Below, one piece after another: positions 1-9,522 of a stretch of 64,000 nucleotides of DNA. The position numbers were made by a program, and so were the translations under genes. Positions within the stretch are counted from its first letter, which is position 1. Every line of letters starts with the position of its first letter. Source of the DNA: Daphnia carinata (lineage: Eukaryota); contig NC_081331.1 in the NCBI RefSeq assembly GCF_022539665.2, positions 7,254,001-7,318,000 on the forward strand. Reading direction: 5' to 3'. The notes beneath the pieces were generated by a model that was given only the letters and a program-made list of their open reading frames with translations, was not told the origin of the DNA and did no database searches.

Positions 1-2
1 AA

Positions 3-995
3 GATCATCCTCATGACTATACGTCTATTAAAGAAGCTTTACTTGATCACTTTCACGGGGACGAAAACGTTGACTTGTATATTAAGAAATTTAATAAGGC
101 TAAACGGAAACCGGGAGAAAAAATAATTGATTATGCTCATCGTCTTCAGGAAATCTTTAAAAAAGCGTATCCTGTAGGCCATATCGAGCGTTCCTTTTCA
201 ATTATTCTCATGCAGAAATTTATCGAAGGTTTGGATTCCAAGTTACAGGCGAAAGTTAAGTACAAAGAATTTGGCGACTTTAACGCACTGGTTGCAACGA
301 CACGCGTTTATGCTGTTCGCTTGGAAGCACTCGAATCTGACCGTGAAAAACATGAGTTTGTTAGGGCGATCGACGAGTCGAAAGGTGCAGAAAATACAGA
401 ATTGCATGAGATTAAGCAGATGTTAATCGATCAGAAAGCAATAGTCAATCAGGCCGTCGCGAATATACGTCAAGGGAACAAGATCGTAGACACTCCGAAA
501 TCGGAGAAGGATGAAATTAAAGACGCGCTGCGCGAGCTCAGTCAGGCGGTCAAACAACTCCAAATTAATAAGAAGGATAATGTTTCTTCTTCGGCGGGTG
601 CCCCATATAAAAAAAGGGTATCATTTCAAACAGGCAACGGCAATCGGGAAAGGAACTGGAAGACAAACCCTCCACCTTTCCCTAAGAGTAACACCCACCC
701 GTATCAAGGGGATAAGAACCAAAATAGGCCTACAAATTATATGCCATCTTCGCCAAGATCTGGTCATAATCCGAACAATGGGCCTATTGAGAATGTAATA
801 ACTTGCAACTATTGTGGGTTTCGGGGTCACACACAATCGGAGTGCCGTAAATTTCAACGGTATATGTTGGAACAAGCACAGCCCCCAATTTGCTATTCTT
901 GCCGTGAGATCGGCCATAAATCAAACAATTGTCCCAAGTATAGGGCCAGTAGGCCTAATATTCCGGGTCCCCCTCAGCATCAGGGAAACCAATAA
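3..995 (+). CDS. gag: Gag of element A (5'-truncated by window)
   Basis: Frame is open from base 3 (DHPHDYTSIKEALLDHF...) to TAA 993-995; two zinc knuckles, CNYCGFRGHTQSEC and CYSCREIGHKSNNC. Confidence 0.92.
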   Translation, partial: DHPHDYTSIKEALLDHFHGDENVDLYIKKFNKAKRKPGEKIIDYAHRLQEIFKKAYPVGHIERSFSIILMQKFIEGLDSKLQAKVKYKEFGDFNALVATTRVYAVRLEALESDREKHEFVRAIDESKGAENTELHEIKQMLIDQKAIVNQAVANIRQGNKIVDTPKSEKDEIKDALRELSQAVKQLQINKKDNVSSSAGAPYKKRVSFQTGNGNRERNWKTNPPPFPKSNTHPYQGDKNQNRPTNYMPSSPRSGHNPNNGPIENVITCNYCGFRGHTQSECRKFQRYMLEQAQPPICYSCREIGHKSNNCPKYRASRPNIPGPPQHQGNQ

Positions 996-1040
996 GTATC
1001 AACTGTAACTTCGGGTCAGTTGATAGGGTACCTCAGTTGA
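983..1040 (+). promoter_or_regulatory. -1 programmed ribosomal frameshift signal (gag-pol)
   Basis: Slippery G GGA AAC at 983-989 in the gag frame, 7-nt spacer, 9-bp stem TATCAACTG (997-1005)/CAGTTGATA (1017-1025). The -1 frame is open into pol (GKPISINCNFGSVDRVPQLKSR). Same signal in element B at 13194-13236. Confidence 0.85.
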
Positions 1041-3307
1041 AATCCCGACAAGTTGCGAAATTAACAACAATAATAAACGAATCGACCCCCAGAATTCCAT
1101 TACAAATTTTTCAGATCCCTTTACAGGCATTATTTGACACAGGCGCGTCTAGAAGCATAATTCACGAGAAGATATTTCAAAAGCTTCCCTCGAGAAATCA
1201 AGTAACCTGCAGTCAGCTTGATTTCGATTTATACGATGTGGGAGATAACAAGTTGCATACGCTGGGTAAAGTTACATTGCCCGTACGTTACGGAGAGTCC
1301 GTTTTACGGCAAGAGTTCATTGTTACAAATGGTGTTTCTGAAGACTGTATCCTTGGATGGGATGCAATCCAGAAACACGGGTTTCGGCTTGACGGAGAAG
1401 CCAAACGTATTTACTTAGCCAGGGATGAGCAGGGATCAGCCATCTCTAGGGCACCAGACATGGCAATTACGACGGTCAAAAAGACGACGCTAGTTCGTCA
1501 GACGGCGCTCGTAATCGCAGCGCAAATGACAGGTTCATTTCCGTATGTCCCCCCTAATAGCACATTTATTTTTACCCCAGCAGAGGATTTGCCGGCCGGT
1601 ATTTTTATTGAAGAATTTGTTGGAACTGTATCGGGAGATGGGAAATATCAAATTATGGTCGAAAACCATTCGTTAAGTCAAGTCATACTTCCTAGGAATA
1701 CAACCTTAGGCCAAATCGAAGTAATTCATAACGTAATTGGTAAGATTGCCTTATGTCAACCAGAGGAAAAGCCTACACAAAAACGGGAGCTAGTTTTAAT
1801 TTCGGAAGTCGACGCTGAATTTCAAGCTCCGCTCTCAAGTTTATTAAATGACTTTCATGACTTGTTCGCAACAAAAGACTCGGAATTAGGGAGCACTAAT
1901 CTCATTAAGCATACGATCGATACCCAAGGAAGAGGCCCTATCCGGCAACGACCCTATCGAGTTACGAACCACCAAAGAAAGATACTGGAGGATAAAGTGC
2001 AGGAAATGATGGACGCAAATGTAATACAATATTCTCATTCTCCATGGGCGTCACCTGTGGTTTTGGTTGAGAAGAAAGGCGGAGACGTGAGGTTTTGCGT
2101 TGATTATCGGAAATTAAATAGCATTACAAAAAAAGATTCATTCCCTATGCCAAGGATTGATGAAACGTTAGATAAATTATATGGGAAGAAATTTTTTACG
2201 ACCCTCGATTTGGCCTCCGGCTACTGGCAAATTCAAGTGAATGAACCAGACATTGAAAAAACCGCTTTTGTAGTAGAAAACAATCTTTACGAGTTTAAAA
2301 GGATGGCGTTTGGCTTGTGCAATGCACCCGCCACATTTCAAAGATTAATGAATTATGTACTGAAAGACGTTTTGGGACATAAAGCGTTAGTTTATTTGGA
2401 TGACGTCATTATATTTTCGGATACTTTTGATAATCATTTGAAAGATATTCGGGAAATTTTTACCTTATTGAAAACTGCCAATTTAAAATTAAAACTTAAG
2501 AAATGTCAATTCGTTAAACGTTCTGTAAATTATTTGGGCCACGTCATTTCGACTGAGGGAATTAAACCTGATCCTGGAAAAATCGACAAAATATTAAATT
2601 ACAAAACGCCTACTTCTGCCGATGAGGTGAGGTCATTTCTCGGGTTAGCAGGTTATTATAGGAGATTTATTCCCAACTTTGGTTCAATCGCAAAACCTCT
2701 GACTAGGTTAACTCACAAAGATCTTAGTAAAAGACCTTTTACCTGGGGAGACGAAGAACAAGTCGCGTTTGTAAAGTTGCGGACATCCCTGGTTACACCG
2801 CCGGTTCTCGCATATCCAAATTTTAATGAAAAATTTATTCTTTTCACTGACGCATGCGACTATGGTATTGGGGCCGTCTTATCTCAAATGCAAAACGGCC
2901 AAGAGCACCCGATAGCGTACTCCAGTAGGCAGTTAACTAAGGCGGAAATGAAGTATAGTACAACCGAAAAAGAAGCTCTGGCAGTCGTGGATGCCATTAA
3001 ACATTTCCGTCACTATCTCTTGGATAAACCCTTTGAGATAATTAGTGACCATCGTCCTTTGCAGTGGCTTAAAAATCAGAAGGATAATAATGGAAGGTTA
3101 GGGAGGTGGGCCATTTTATTGGCTGCAACAAATTATGAATTAAAATATAGGCCAGGCCGTGTTCACCAGAACGCGGACTGTTTGTCTAGATTAAAAATAG
3201 CTAGCATTCAAACTGGGAAGGATATTAAATTGATCTGCGAAAAAACAACAGGAGGACGACCTCTGTATAGCCATCAAGAATTATCTGGAAGAAGGAGAGC
3301 TGGATGA
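1037..3307 (+). CDS. pol: Pol of element A: aspartic protease, reverse transcriptase, RNase H
   Basis: ALFDTGAS (PR); FCVDYRKLN, LDLASGYWQ, YLDD (RT); TDACDYGIGAVL, EKEALA, SDHRPL (RNase H). The true frame continues into integrase across one extra A in the A6 run at 3240-3245. Confidence 0.95.
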   Translation: MKSRQVAKLTTIINESTPRIPLQIFQIPLQALFDTGASRSIIHEKIFQKLPSRNQVTCSQLDFDLYDVGDNKLHTLGKVTLPVRYGESVLRQEFIVTNGVSEDCILGWDAIQKHGFRLDGEAKRIYLARDEQGSAISRAPDMAITTVKKTTLVRQTALVIAAQMTGSFPYVPPNSTFIFTPAEDLPAGIFIEEFVGTVSGDGKYQIMVENHSLSQVILPRNTTLGQIEVIHNVIGKIALCQPEEKPTQKRELVLISEVDAEFQAPLSSLLNDFHDLFATKDSELGSTNLIKHTIDTQGRGPIRQRPYRVTNHQRKILEDKVQEMMDANVIQYSHSPWASPVVLVEKKGGDVRFCVDYRKLNSITKKDSFPMPRIDETLDKLYGKKFFTTLDLASGYWQIQVNEPDIEKTAFVVENNLYEFKRMAFGLCNAPATFQRLMNYVLKDVLGHKALVYLDDVIIFSDTFDNHLKDIREIFTLLKTANLKLKLKKCQFVKRSVNYLGHVISTEGIKPDPGKIDKILNYKTPTSADEVRSFLGLAGYYRRFIPNFGSIAKPLTRLTHKDLSKRPFTWGDEEQVAFVKLRTSLVTPPVLAYPNFNEKFILFTDACDYGIGAVLSQMQNGQEHPIAYSSRQLTKAEMKYSTTEKEALAVVDAIKHFRHYLLDKPFEIISDHRPLQWLKNQKDNNGRLGRWAILLAATNYELKYRPGRVHQNADCLSRLKIASIQTGKDIKLICEKTTGGRPLYSHQELSGRRRAG

Positions 3308-3317
3308 AATTTTTACA

Positions 3318-4961
3318 TTGTCCAAACCCGAGTGGGTAAAGGAAATTGAATATTTTGAGGTAATTGAAGGAATACTTTATAGACGGGAACTGCCATCTCA
3401 GAGTAATAAAAGGAACGACACCCATCATCAATTAGTTTTGCCATTATCCCTACGCCACCTAGTGCTTAAAGAATTACACGACGCACCGATGGGTGGACAT
3501 TTGGCATTTTATAAGACCTATATGAAAGTCAAAAATAATTATTATTGGCCCAACATGAGAGGCGATGTTAAAGAATATTGCCGGGCTTGTGAAGTTTGCA
3601 TAGCCAACACTGCTTCACCCTATCGAGCACTTTTGCATCCGCACGAAATTGCGAAGGCTCCTTTTGATGTAATTGGAATGGACTTTCTGGGTCCTATTAC
3701 ACCAGTTTCGCCCAATGGTAATAGTTACATTTTAGTTATTACAGATTATTTTAGCCGTTGGGTTGAGGCTGTTGCTTTAAAAGATCAAACTGCTCAGACA
3801 ACAGCAGAATGTGTATATAAAACTGTTATTGTTAGACATGGTATGCCTAAGGCAATTATTTCTGATCGTGGGACAAATTTCACGTCCAAGTTATTTCGCT
3901 ATTTTTGTAAAAAATTGAAGATCGATCAGAGGTTAACCACCGCTTATAACCCTGCTAGTAATGGGGAGACGGAAAGGTTCAATCGAACTTTAACGTCTAT
4001 GTTAAGAAAAGAATTAAAAGACGGCGAGCATGCCAATTGGGAAGAAATATTAGATGATGTTTTATTTGCGTATCGTAGCTCGGTCCACTCTTCGACATTG
4101 GACACTCCATATTATTTACTTCACGGTAGGGACCCAAACATTCCTATTAACGAATTTCTTAATGCATCTCCCAAAACATTCAAATCTTCTTCTGACTATG
4201 TTGGGAATCTGACAGAACGTTTGCGTTATAGTTTTCAAAGAGTTAGAGAGGAAAGCGAAAAAGCTAGAAAGCGCCAAAGGGAACAATATAACAAGCGCGC
4301 GAAAGAAAAACGATATGTGATAGGCGATCGGGTGTTATTGGATATTCGAGTAGTCAAGGAAGGAGATAGCAAGAAATTTACTTCGAAATATAAAGGGCCT
4401 TATAGAATAGTAAACGTTTATTCAAATAATACTGTAGACATTGCTGATAATTCATATATATGTCAGCGTACGCATGTAAATAGATTAAAACCCTTGTATG
4501 AAACAATGCTGTGGAAACATGAGCATTGTCCGCCACTTGAGACCCCTTTGGAATTCGAGAGCCGATTCCGGAAGTCTATTGCGACTCAAACTAATGTGCG
4601 TGAACACGAGCACGATGTCGAAACCGCAAGGCAACAAAACACCGAGTCCGAAGCCGTATCAGAAGTGGTATCAGACACTTATTCGGCAAATCATCAACTT
4701 GTGCGAGAAGACAATGTGATCGGCCCGTCTCATCTGTCGTTCGAAGGACGATTAACCTCGAGTGACAATTGCGATGTGACGAATGATGCTCAGCATCCAA
4801 TGCCACTTTCCGAAAATACTCCTATATACGCTGATAGTGATTCCGACCTTCAACAAGTAGAGCCCAAAGATGATGTGACAGCAGCGTTATTGCATCAAGA
4901 AGTCACCCGACGCCCTCAGCGAAATCGGAGAAAACCGATTCGTTACAGGGACGAAATGTAG
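3318..4961 (+). CDS. pol: Pol of element A: integrase portion
   Basis: HHCC (HDAPMGGH...CRACEVC), DDE core (GMDFLGP, SDRGTNF, NGETERFN), GPY motif KYKGPYRI, acidic tail; no chromodomain seen. Confidence 0.95.
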   Translation: MSKPEWVKEIEYFEVIEGILYRRELPSQSNKRNDTHHQLVLPLSLRHLVLKELHDAPMGGHLAFYKTYMKVKNNYYWPNMRGDVKEYCRACEVCIANTASPYRALLHPHEIAKAPFDVIGMDFLGPITPVSPNGNSYILVITDYFSRWVEAVALKDQTAQTTAECVYKTVIVRHGMPKAIISDRGTNFTSKLFRYFCKKLKIDQRLTTAYNPASNGETERFNRTLTSMLRKELKDGEHANWEEILDDVLFAYRSSVHSSTLDTPYYLLHGRDPNIPINEFLNASPKTFKSSSDYVGNLTERLRYSFQRVREESEKARKRQREQYNKRAKEKRYVIGDRVLLDIRVVKEGDSKKFTSKYKGPYRIVNVYSNNTVDIADNSYICQRTHVNRLKPLYETMLWKHEHCPPLETPLEFESRFRKSIATQTNVREHEHDVETARQQNTESEAVSEVVSDTYSANHQLVREDNVIGPSHLSFEGRLTSSDNCDVTNDAQHPMPLSENTPIYADSDSDLQQVEPKDDVTAALLHQEVTRRPQRNRRKPIRYRDEM

Positions 4962-4992
4962 CGTCATCATACATCCTAGTTCGATTGCCGAA

Positions 4993-5018
4993 CCAATACC
5001 GAGTGATTACTATATAAA
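4993..5018 (+). promoter_or_regulatory. putative internal Pol II promoter for accessory ORF
   Basis: CCAAT 4993-4997 and TATATAAA 5011-5018, 122 nt upstream of ATG 5133; equivalent TATATAA boxes precede both accessory ORFs in element B. Confidence 0.55.
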
Positions 5019-5132
5019 CCGTACGTTAAGTGAAGGAAGACACAACTTCTTGTACTCTCTGAGAACAACGACGACAACTGTTCTGTCTGTTTTGCCATTT
5101 CTTCACGTACAAAGAAGCGTTAAGAAGCCAAC

Positions 5133-5657
5133 ATGGACAACAAGTCTGAACCCATCTCTGAGCCCGTGACCAACGACTGGATACCTATGGTGTCCATCCC
5201 ACTCCCCGTCGCGGAGGCCCTCTTGGTAGACCTCACGACGTCGTCCGGAGACGCCTCGACGGCCGAACGTGACGCGCCGGATTCACCAGATCCCTCACCA
5301 ATCGACGACGAGGAGACCGCGGCCCGAAACCCGCCGGGGACGTCCGAGATGGAGGATGCCATCGATTTTAGCCGCGGCAGACCCCGCACCTCGGACTGGC
5401 ACCTCGATGCAGCCTGGGAGCAGAAGCAGCTGGAAATCAAGACAAATCAGTTGATCGCCCGTCTTCTCATCACCCTGTATGACAAGAAATGGAGTGACGC
5501 CGTCTTCACCCTAAAGGCGATCCTCGACCTGGACCCCGAAAGGCGCCATCCACCGCTCTATGGTTGGACATCGTGCCACTGGGACTTGCCCGAGAAGAGA
5601 CCCAGCACGGACGATCAACAGAAGGACCCCAACGCAAAGAAGCCGAGATACTTCTAA
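5133..5657 (+). CDS. accessory protein ORF-X(A), 174 aa: acidic N-terminus, TPR-like helix pair, C-terminal basic NLS-like motif
   Basis: ATG-started GC-rich ORF between pol and env; motif KKWSDAVFTLKAILDLDPERRHPPLYGW is conserved in ORF 18483-18923; ends AKKPRYF. Confidence 0.75.
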   Translation: MDNKSEPISEPVTNDWIPMVSIPLPVAEALLVDLTTSSGDASTAERDAPDSPDPSPIDDEETAARNPPGTSEMEDAIDFSRGRPRTSDWHLDAAWEQKQLEIKTNQLIARLLITLYDKKWSDAVFTLKAILDLDPERRHPPLYGWTSCHWDLPEKRPSTDDQQKDPNAKKPRYF

Positions 5658-5853
5658 GTCGTACGAGGACAACCGAAGAAATCGAGGAAGGAGGAAGCTT
5701 TTTCATTCGACCCTCTTTCAGTCCTCGTTATGTGTTATTCCTGATATTTCTCCTTCAATTTTTATGTTTACATTTACCATACTTTAATATTTACCTTTAT
5801 TTTGATTTCACATACCAATATTCGCTTTAACTCTCCTTGCTGCTATCCATCGA

Positions 5854-5883
5854 AATAAACTCATTGGTTGCTTAATCGTTTGT

Positions 5884-5946
<63 letters not shown>

Positions 5947-5954
5947 AAAAAAAA
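5854..5954 (+). terminator. polyadenylation signal plus genomic poly(A) tract after ORF-X(A)
   Basis: AATAAA 5854-5859, then 25 nt later an A tract 5885-5954 (one G at 5934). Confidence 0.55.
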
Positions 5955-7107
5955 TAGAAACAAAACATGATAATAAAACACTTAGTGGCTAACAAACAAC
6001 AATATCTATGAACGTATTATCCGTTACAACATGTATCTTGTTTTTCATGTCGTGCACTTTAACTTTCTCAATTTACGCCCCGTAGTCATTCCCTTGTTTG
6101 ACAGCCCATAGTATAAGTCCACATAGATTCTGATAAGTAGAGCCTTTTGAGTAGAGAAAAAAAATAATAAATAACAAAAAATCTTTTGCTTCAGAAAAAA
6201 TTTTTTAGCTTGATCATACCTTCATCAAGACCCGTAAATGAGTGTCACAACATATCAATTTAGTAGTCACAAATTAAGTAGCTCCCCTTTGTAGATTCCT
6301 ATTGCCAAACTAACACGGTAGATGTGGAGACATTACCATACTAACCAACAAAAACAACACCAAGAGAAAAAAAAAAAAAAAAAAAAGGATAAGAAAGAAA
6401 AGAAATACCTTTATATATTGTCAAAAACACATATATAACGCACAAATGATTTTCTGAACCGCAATGTCAAATTTCGTTTCCTATTTCCCTTCCTATCTCC
6501 TACACGTCACTTTCGTTATTTTTCAACGAATAGGTCCAAATCGTAGCCGTAACTTTTATACTCTCATTCCAATATGCCACGCAATACTGTTCACTTTCCC
6601 TTTCGTTCGTACACTACAGCTTGGCCATAGCCAACATCAAGAATACAGTATTAGCGCCGCCTCCCTTTTCCTGGAACTAATACTACTCTTGGACCTTGGA
6701 CCTTCGCGGCAAAATCCTTTCCCGTCGCAAACTTCTAAACATTTCTTTTCTCGTCTTCCCTGATCAACTGTCCTGTATTTTCTTACTTTCCCTTTCCGAT
6801 AATTATGGTCATCTTTTTCTCTTTCCAACGATACTAAATAATATAAAAAACAAGTTGTCCTTCCCCCTTAAAACAAAACTTTATTCTAGTGCCCTTTTTC
6901 CTTTCTCTTTTCCGTAGCCTACTAATAAAGCCGACGGGAAAAGCCGTTGACCTTGCGACAGCCGTAGGCTATTTTTCACTTCCTCACTTCTTCTTGTATG
7001 TTTTTGTTTTGTTTTGTGTTACTTAGTTAAGAAGCCCACACGATGACATTTTTCTTTTGTTAAGTCACATATTTTCTTTTGTCTGTATGTACCGGCCGGA
7101 TATAGAA

Positions 7108-8796
7108 ATGTCCCCCTCTGCATTCCTGCTGCTATTATGCGTGTACGGATTACATTCCCAGGCCTTCGAGACTACCGTATGCAATTGCGCGGAACCAGTG
7201 AAGGTGGGAATTCTTCAATTCTCCGATGAGAATTGTCAACCGACATCCACCGATATTAAAGCCACCAAGGTGAAATACGCCGTGTATAGTGAAGAACGCG
7301 CCGCGACTAAATTCCCGGGTTACATCTGTGCCCGTTGGAAAAATATCCGACACATCACAATGACCTTCTTCGGGCAACTATTGGTTGTGCCGGATAAAAT
7401 CCCAATTGATACTACCCCCGCCGACTGCAACGAAATGATTGACAACAAGAGGTGCAATGATAACCGGATGACTTTTGTCGACGGAAAATTTGTGTTCGAC
7501 AATGAACCAGATATCTCTGGATACTGGTTACAAACAATTGATTCGTCAATCATAAACTGCGTTCTCGAGAAAGTCGAACTTTTCCAGCAAAAGGAGGATG
7601 CAGACTTCTCAACACCCATCGGAATTGCTTCTGCTACGTCCGGCAATTTGTCGCACAATCACTTAACACTGATTTGGGACAAAACCTACACACAGAAGAC
7701 CAAAGTAACTACCAGACTCGTCGAAGACGGCATCGGTATGCTGACCCGATTGCCAGGAGAAAAACCACTCCTTAGACTCCAAGATGACAAAAACCAATTG
7801 GACTTCCACCTGACACCAGTACTGCGCTGCGTTTCAGTACAACAAAATTGCTCCAATAGAACTTCTTCATATGAAATCGTCGGCCAATCCAAACTCTTCG
7901 TCACGACGGCAGCCATAATGGAAAAAGCAACCCCAGTGGAGACCCGAGCGCCACTCGGCGCCGAAAACTTAAATATTCCGGCCAATATCCAGTACATCCG
8001 TGATCAACTCACCGACCACGAGAATGAATTGGCACGACAGGTTCAACTACTTCAATGTGAAGCTCGTAAAGCCAAACATGAAAGGGCCGTCACAACCGCC
8101 CAATATAATGGATGGCTAGCGGCCTCACAATTAAACTTACCCCGGTGCACGAAATTACAAGCATTCGGGAAGACGGTCGTATTAATTCAATGTCAGGCCT
8201 TAAATGTCACATTTGAGACTGTATTGACTTCGTGCGGACCGCAACCAAAATTCCAAAATTATACGATTAACCTCGATGGCTGGGAACTCGTAAAATATTC
8301 TCCTTGTTATTGGACAAATGGATTTGTCAATTTCAATAACAAACCCTATGCCTTCCGTAATAATACGTGGGAACAACTCGAAGCCACAATTGTATTGCCT
8401 GAGCAAACGCTGGCACACTCTTTCCGCTACGAGAACGTCGAATTTTTCGACTACGAACACCAAAGTAACCCGGCATACACCGACAATATGCTTAACCACA
8501 TGAACATCATGGCCGACATAGCAGCCGTGATCAACGAACATCCATCATCCGAATTTACGTCGCACGGTAAACCCAGCGCCACAAATATTTTCATAACGGC
8601 CTCCAGTGTCGGAGCTTACACATCTTGGTGGGAAACAATAAAAAATTACTTCTTCATCGGCATCATGTGCATCCTCGTATTACTCTTCCTACGCATCTGC
8701 TACTGTTGCGGTCTCTTCAAGATCTTCTGGGTTATATGCCGTCGCCCTCATAAACGTTCAACATCCTCCGGATCCATCCCCATGCATCAAGTCTGA
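7108..8796 (+). CDS. env: Env of element A: class III (herpesvirus gB / chuvirus G-like) fusion glycoprotein
   Basis: Signal peptide MSPSAFLLLLCVYGLHSQA from ATG 7108 (ORF open from 7057); Cys-rich ectodomain with NxS/T sites; fusion-loop-like GYICARW...TFFG and EPDISGYW; gB-like NIQYIRDQL...LQCEARK, AFGKTVVLIQC and CGPQP; C-terminal TM and short tail. Confidence 0.85.
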   Translation: MSPSAFLLLLCVYGLHSQAFETTVCNCAEPVKVGILQFSDENCQPTSTDIKATKVKYAVYSEERAATKFPGYICARWKNIRHITMTFFGQLLVVPDKIPIDTTPADCNEMIDNKRCNDNRMTFVDGKFVFDNEPDISGYWLQTIDSSIINCVLEKVELFQQKEDADFSTPIGIASATSGNLSHNHLTLIWDKTYTQKTKVTTRLVEDGIGMLTRLPGEKPLLRLQDDKNQLDFHLTPVLRCVSVQQNCSNRTSSYEIVGQSKLFVTTAAIMEKATPVETRAPLGAENLNIPANIQYIRDQLTDHENELARQVQLLQCEARKAKHERAVTTAQYNGWLAASQLNLPRCTKLQAFGKTVVLIQCQALNVTFETVLTSCGPQPKFQNYTINLDGWELVKYSPCYWTNGFVNFNNKPYAFRNNTWEQLEATIVLPEQTLAHSFRYENVEFFDYEHQSNPAYTDNMLNHMNIMADIAAVINEHPSSEFTSHGKPSATNIFITASSVGAYTSWWETIKNYFFIGIMCILVLLFLRICYCCGLFKIFWVICRRPHKRSTSSGSIPMHQV

Positions 8797-8829
8797 TTAC
8801 GAGACGTAATCTCACGCCGCCGGGAGTGA

Positions 8830-9522
8830 TGTAAAGAAGCAAATAAATGTTTTTATTCGATATGCCTTCCCGTTTATTCTTTGTATATGACTCATGTGTT
8901 ACGCCATATAAACTGCGCAGTAGTGTATTATATTACATCGGCACCTTGCCGCTTAGCAACATTTGTGATTGGCTGCTTAGGCGTTGATCTGTATTGCACC
9001 ATCAACTTTATATATCAAATTTCATTAGTTGCGACATGTAATTGCGCAGTTGTTAATTGCTGTGCAATATGCGAGGTTCCGTGGTGAACCAAGATCTGAG
9101 TAAGTTTAGTTGTCGATGAGCCTCTGACTCTTACAGGCGGAGTTCAAGTTCAGCTAGTGCTTCCCCATTGATAAATTGGTGCAAGTGAATTGAGCTGTGT
9201 CACGTGCTTGTCTGAGTGTTCGGTTCACCCATATTGTTTACCCACGTGCCGACGAACTCCTGTTAACGCTGCCTTCTCTTATATCCTCGCCCGTGCTCCA
9301 CTCAAGCCACCGCGGTAAGCTTATACTACAGTATCATATTACACTCCGACTTCTCTTTCTTTAGTCTGACTCCTTTTGTACTATCCCAACTGACTTCTGT
9401 ACCGCTTAGCCCTACTTGGATAAATATAAATCATCGTGTGGGTAAATCGCCTCCGAGTTCGATTCATTCCAATTTGTCTTAATTCCGTAAAGTACATCTT
9501 CTCACAGAGAAGATGCTTTACA
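8830..9522 (+). repeat. 3' LTR of element A (693 bp)
   Basis: 7-bp terminal inverted repeat TGTAAAG/CTTTACA, preceded by short purine-rich GGGAGTGA just after the env stop; closely similar copy at 11762-12542. Confidence 0.92.

Larger units (their letters stand above)
1..9522 (+). mobile_element. Ty3/Gypsy LTR retrotransposon 'element A' with accessory ORF and env (5' end outside window)
   Basis: Order is gag (2 CCHC), PR-RT-RNaseH-IN, accessory ORF, env-like ORF, then an LTR TGTAAAG...CTTTACA at 8830-9522. Confidence 0.95.

Noticed and set aside
3240..3245. Programmed frameshift between RNase H and integrase
   Set aside because: Element B is in frame at this site; a simple 1-nt insertion or sequencing error explains it.
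6915..6971. Hairpin TAGCCTAC...GTAGGCTA upstream of env, considered as a twister or hammerhead ribozyme
   Set aside because: Catalytic core consensus not found, and no counterpart recognised in element B.
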